DNA of 64,000 nucleotides from Octopus vulgaris. Its lineage: Eukaryota. The stretch covers positions 3,162,001 through 3,226,000 of the forward strand of contig OX597818.1 of NCBI GenBank assembly GCA_951406725.2. The letters are read 5' to 3'. Below are positions 63,243 through 64,000 of this stretch, one piece after another. How positions within the stretch are numbered: position 1 is the first letter of the stretch; each line of letters begins with the position of its first letter. The notes beneath the pieces are model-generated. The model did no database searches, was not told where the DNA came from, and saw only the letters and a program-made list of their open reading frames with translations. Position numbers and translations under genes: made by a program.

Positions 63243-64000
63243 AACAACAACAGCATCAAGCCCACAGTCCAGATAAACGGTTACCTAACGGAGCCGTTTT
63301 CGATCAAGCGTTCAGTTCGTCAAGGGTGTCCCTTGTCCCCGCTCCTGTATGTTTTGGCTCTTGAGCCATTGCTGCGGAAGTTGGAGAAGTTGGGAGGCAA
63401 CCCTAATGAAATCGGATGCGGTAAGTCTGTTTCTGCCTATGCGGATGACGTCACCCTCATCGTGTCCAACGAAGCACAGCTACCTCGTGTAGAAGGTGCT
63501 CTCCGAAGATACGAAGCGGTGGCAGGGGCAAAAGTTAACAAGGACAAGTCCACCAGTTTGCGCTTCGGCACCTGGAGGAACAAGCCGATATCGTCCAGTG
63601 TTGTTGGACACTGGACAGATGGTCCTGTTAAATTGCTCGGAGTTTGGTTTGGTTCAGACTCCCAGACAGAGAAGAATTGGAGCGAGGTAGCGAACAAGGT
63701 AGAAGCTATAGTACGGAAGTGGTCCAGAAGGCATCTTTCCTTGAAAGGGAGGGCGGAGGTGGTACAGGTGTTTATAGCCTCTGTTATCACCTTGCCGTCG
63801 TGCCTTGCTCCGATTCGTGGTTAAGCAAGTTGGAACGACTCCTTTTCCGCTTTTTGTGGAGGGGAGGAAAGCCACTTGTGAGACGCTCCGTGTGTTGCCA
63901 GGAACCGCTAAAGGGTGGGCTGGGGATGCCTTGATTAATGATGCGCAGGCATGCGTTGAGGCTGAGACATCTCTGGTGTCACCTGGAGGGTGATAAGGTG
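63237..64000 (+). mobile_element. L1-Tx1 LINE RT fragment, 5'-truncated, continues beyond window
   Basis: SVRQGCPLSPLLY, SAYADD, GAKVNKDKS, KLLGVWF, WSRRHLSLKGR, FLW..GGLGMP; starts directly after (TA)n. Confidence 0.92.

Overview
AT-rich eukaryotic scaffold segment made almost entirely of nested, decayed transposable elements and (TA)/(CA)/(TACA) microsatellites, with one 100-N gap. No intact host gene, rRNA, tRNA or CRISPR is visible. The repeat mix suggests an octopod cephalopod genome, but that is inference only. Contents: about 13 RTE-clade LINE copies (APE-RT with an inserted PHD-like finger and (ATG)n tails); a HERO/R2-group non-LTR element with a ~360-bp terminal direct repeat; a decayed autonomous Helitron plus several non-autonomous ones; a mariner; a Tc1 fragment; an unassigned CxxH-type DDE transposase; a Gypsy gag fragment; L1-Tx1 pieces; piggyBac-type MITEs; SINEs; and many Penelope-like (PLE) pieces. 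The most notable unannotated signal is a set of type I hammerhead ribozyme folds in non-coding PLE-like repeats, including a U3-A8 core variant. A scrambled-order hammerhead-like motif also sits inside the HERO terminal repeat. All alignments and folds were done by eye, and boundaries are approximate unless a terminus is quoted.
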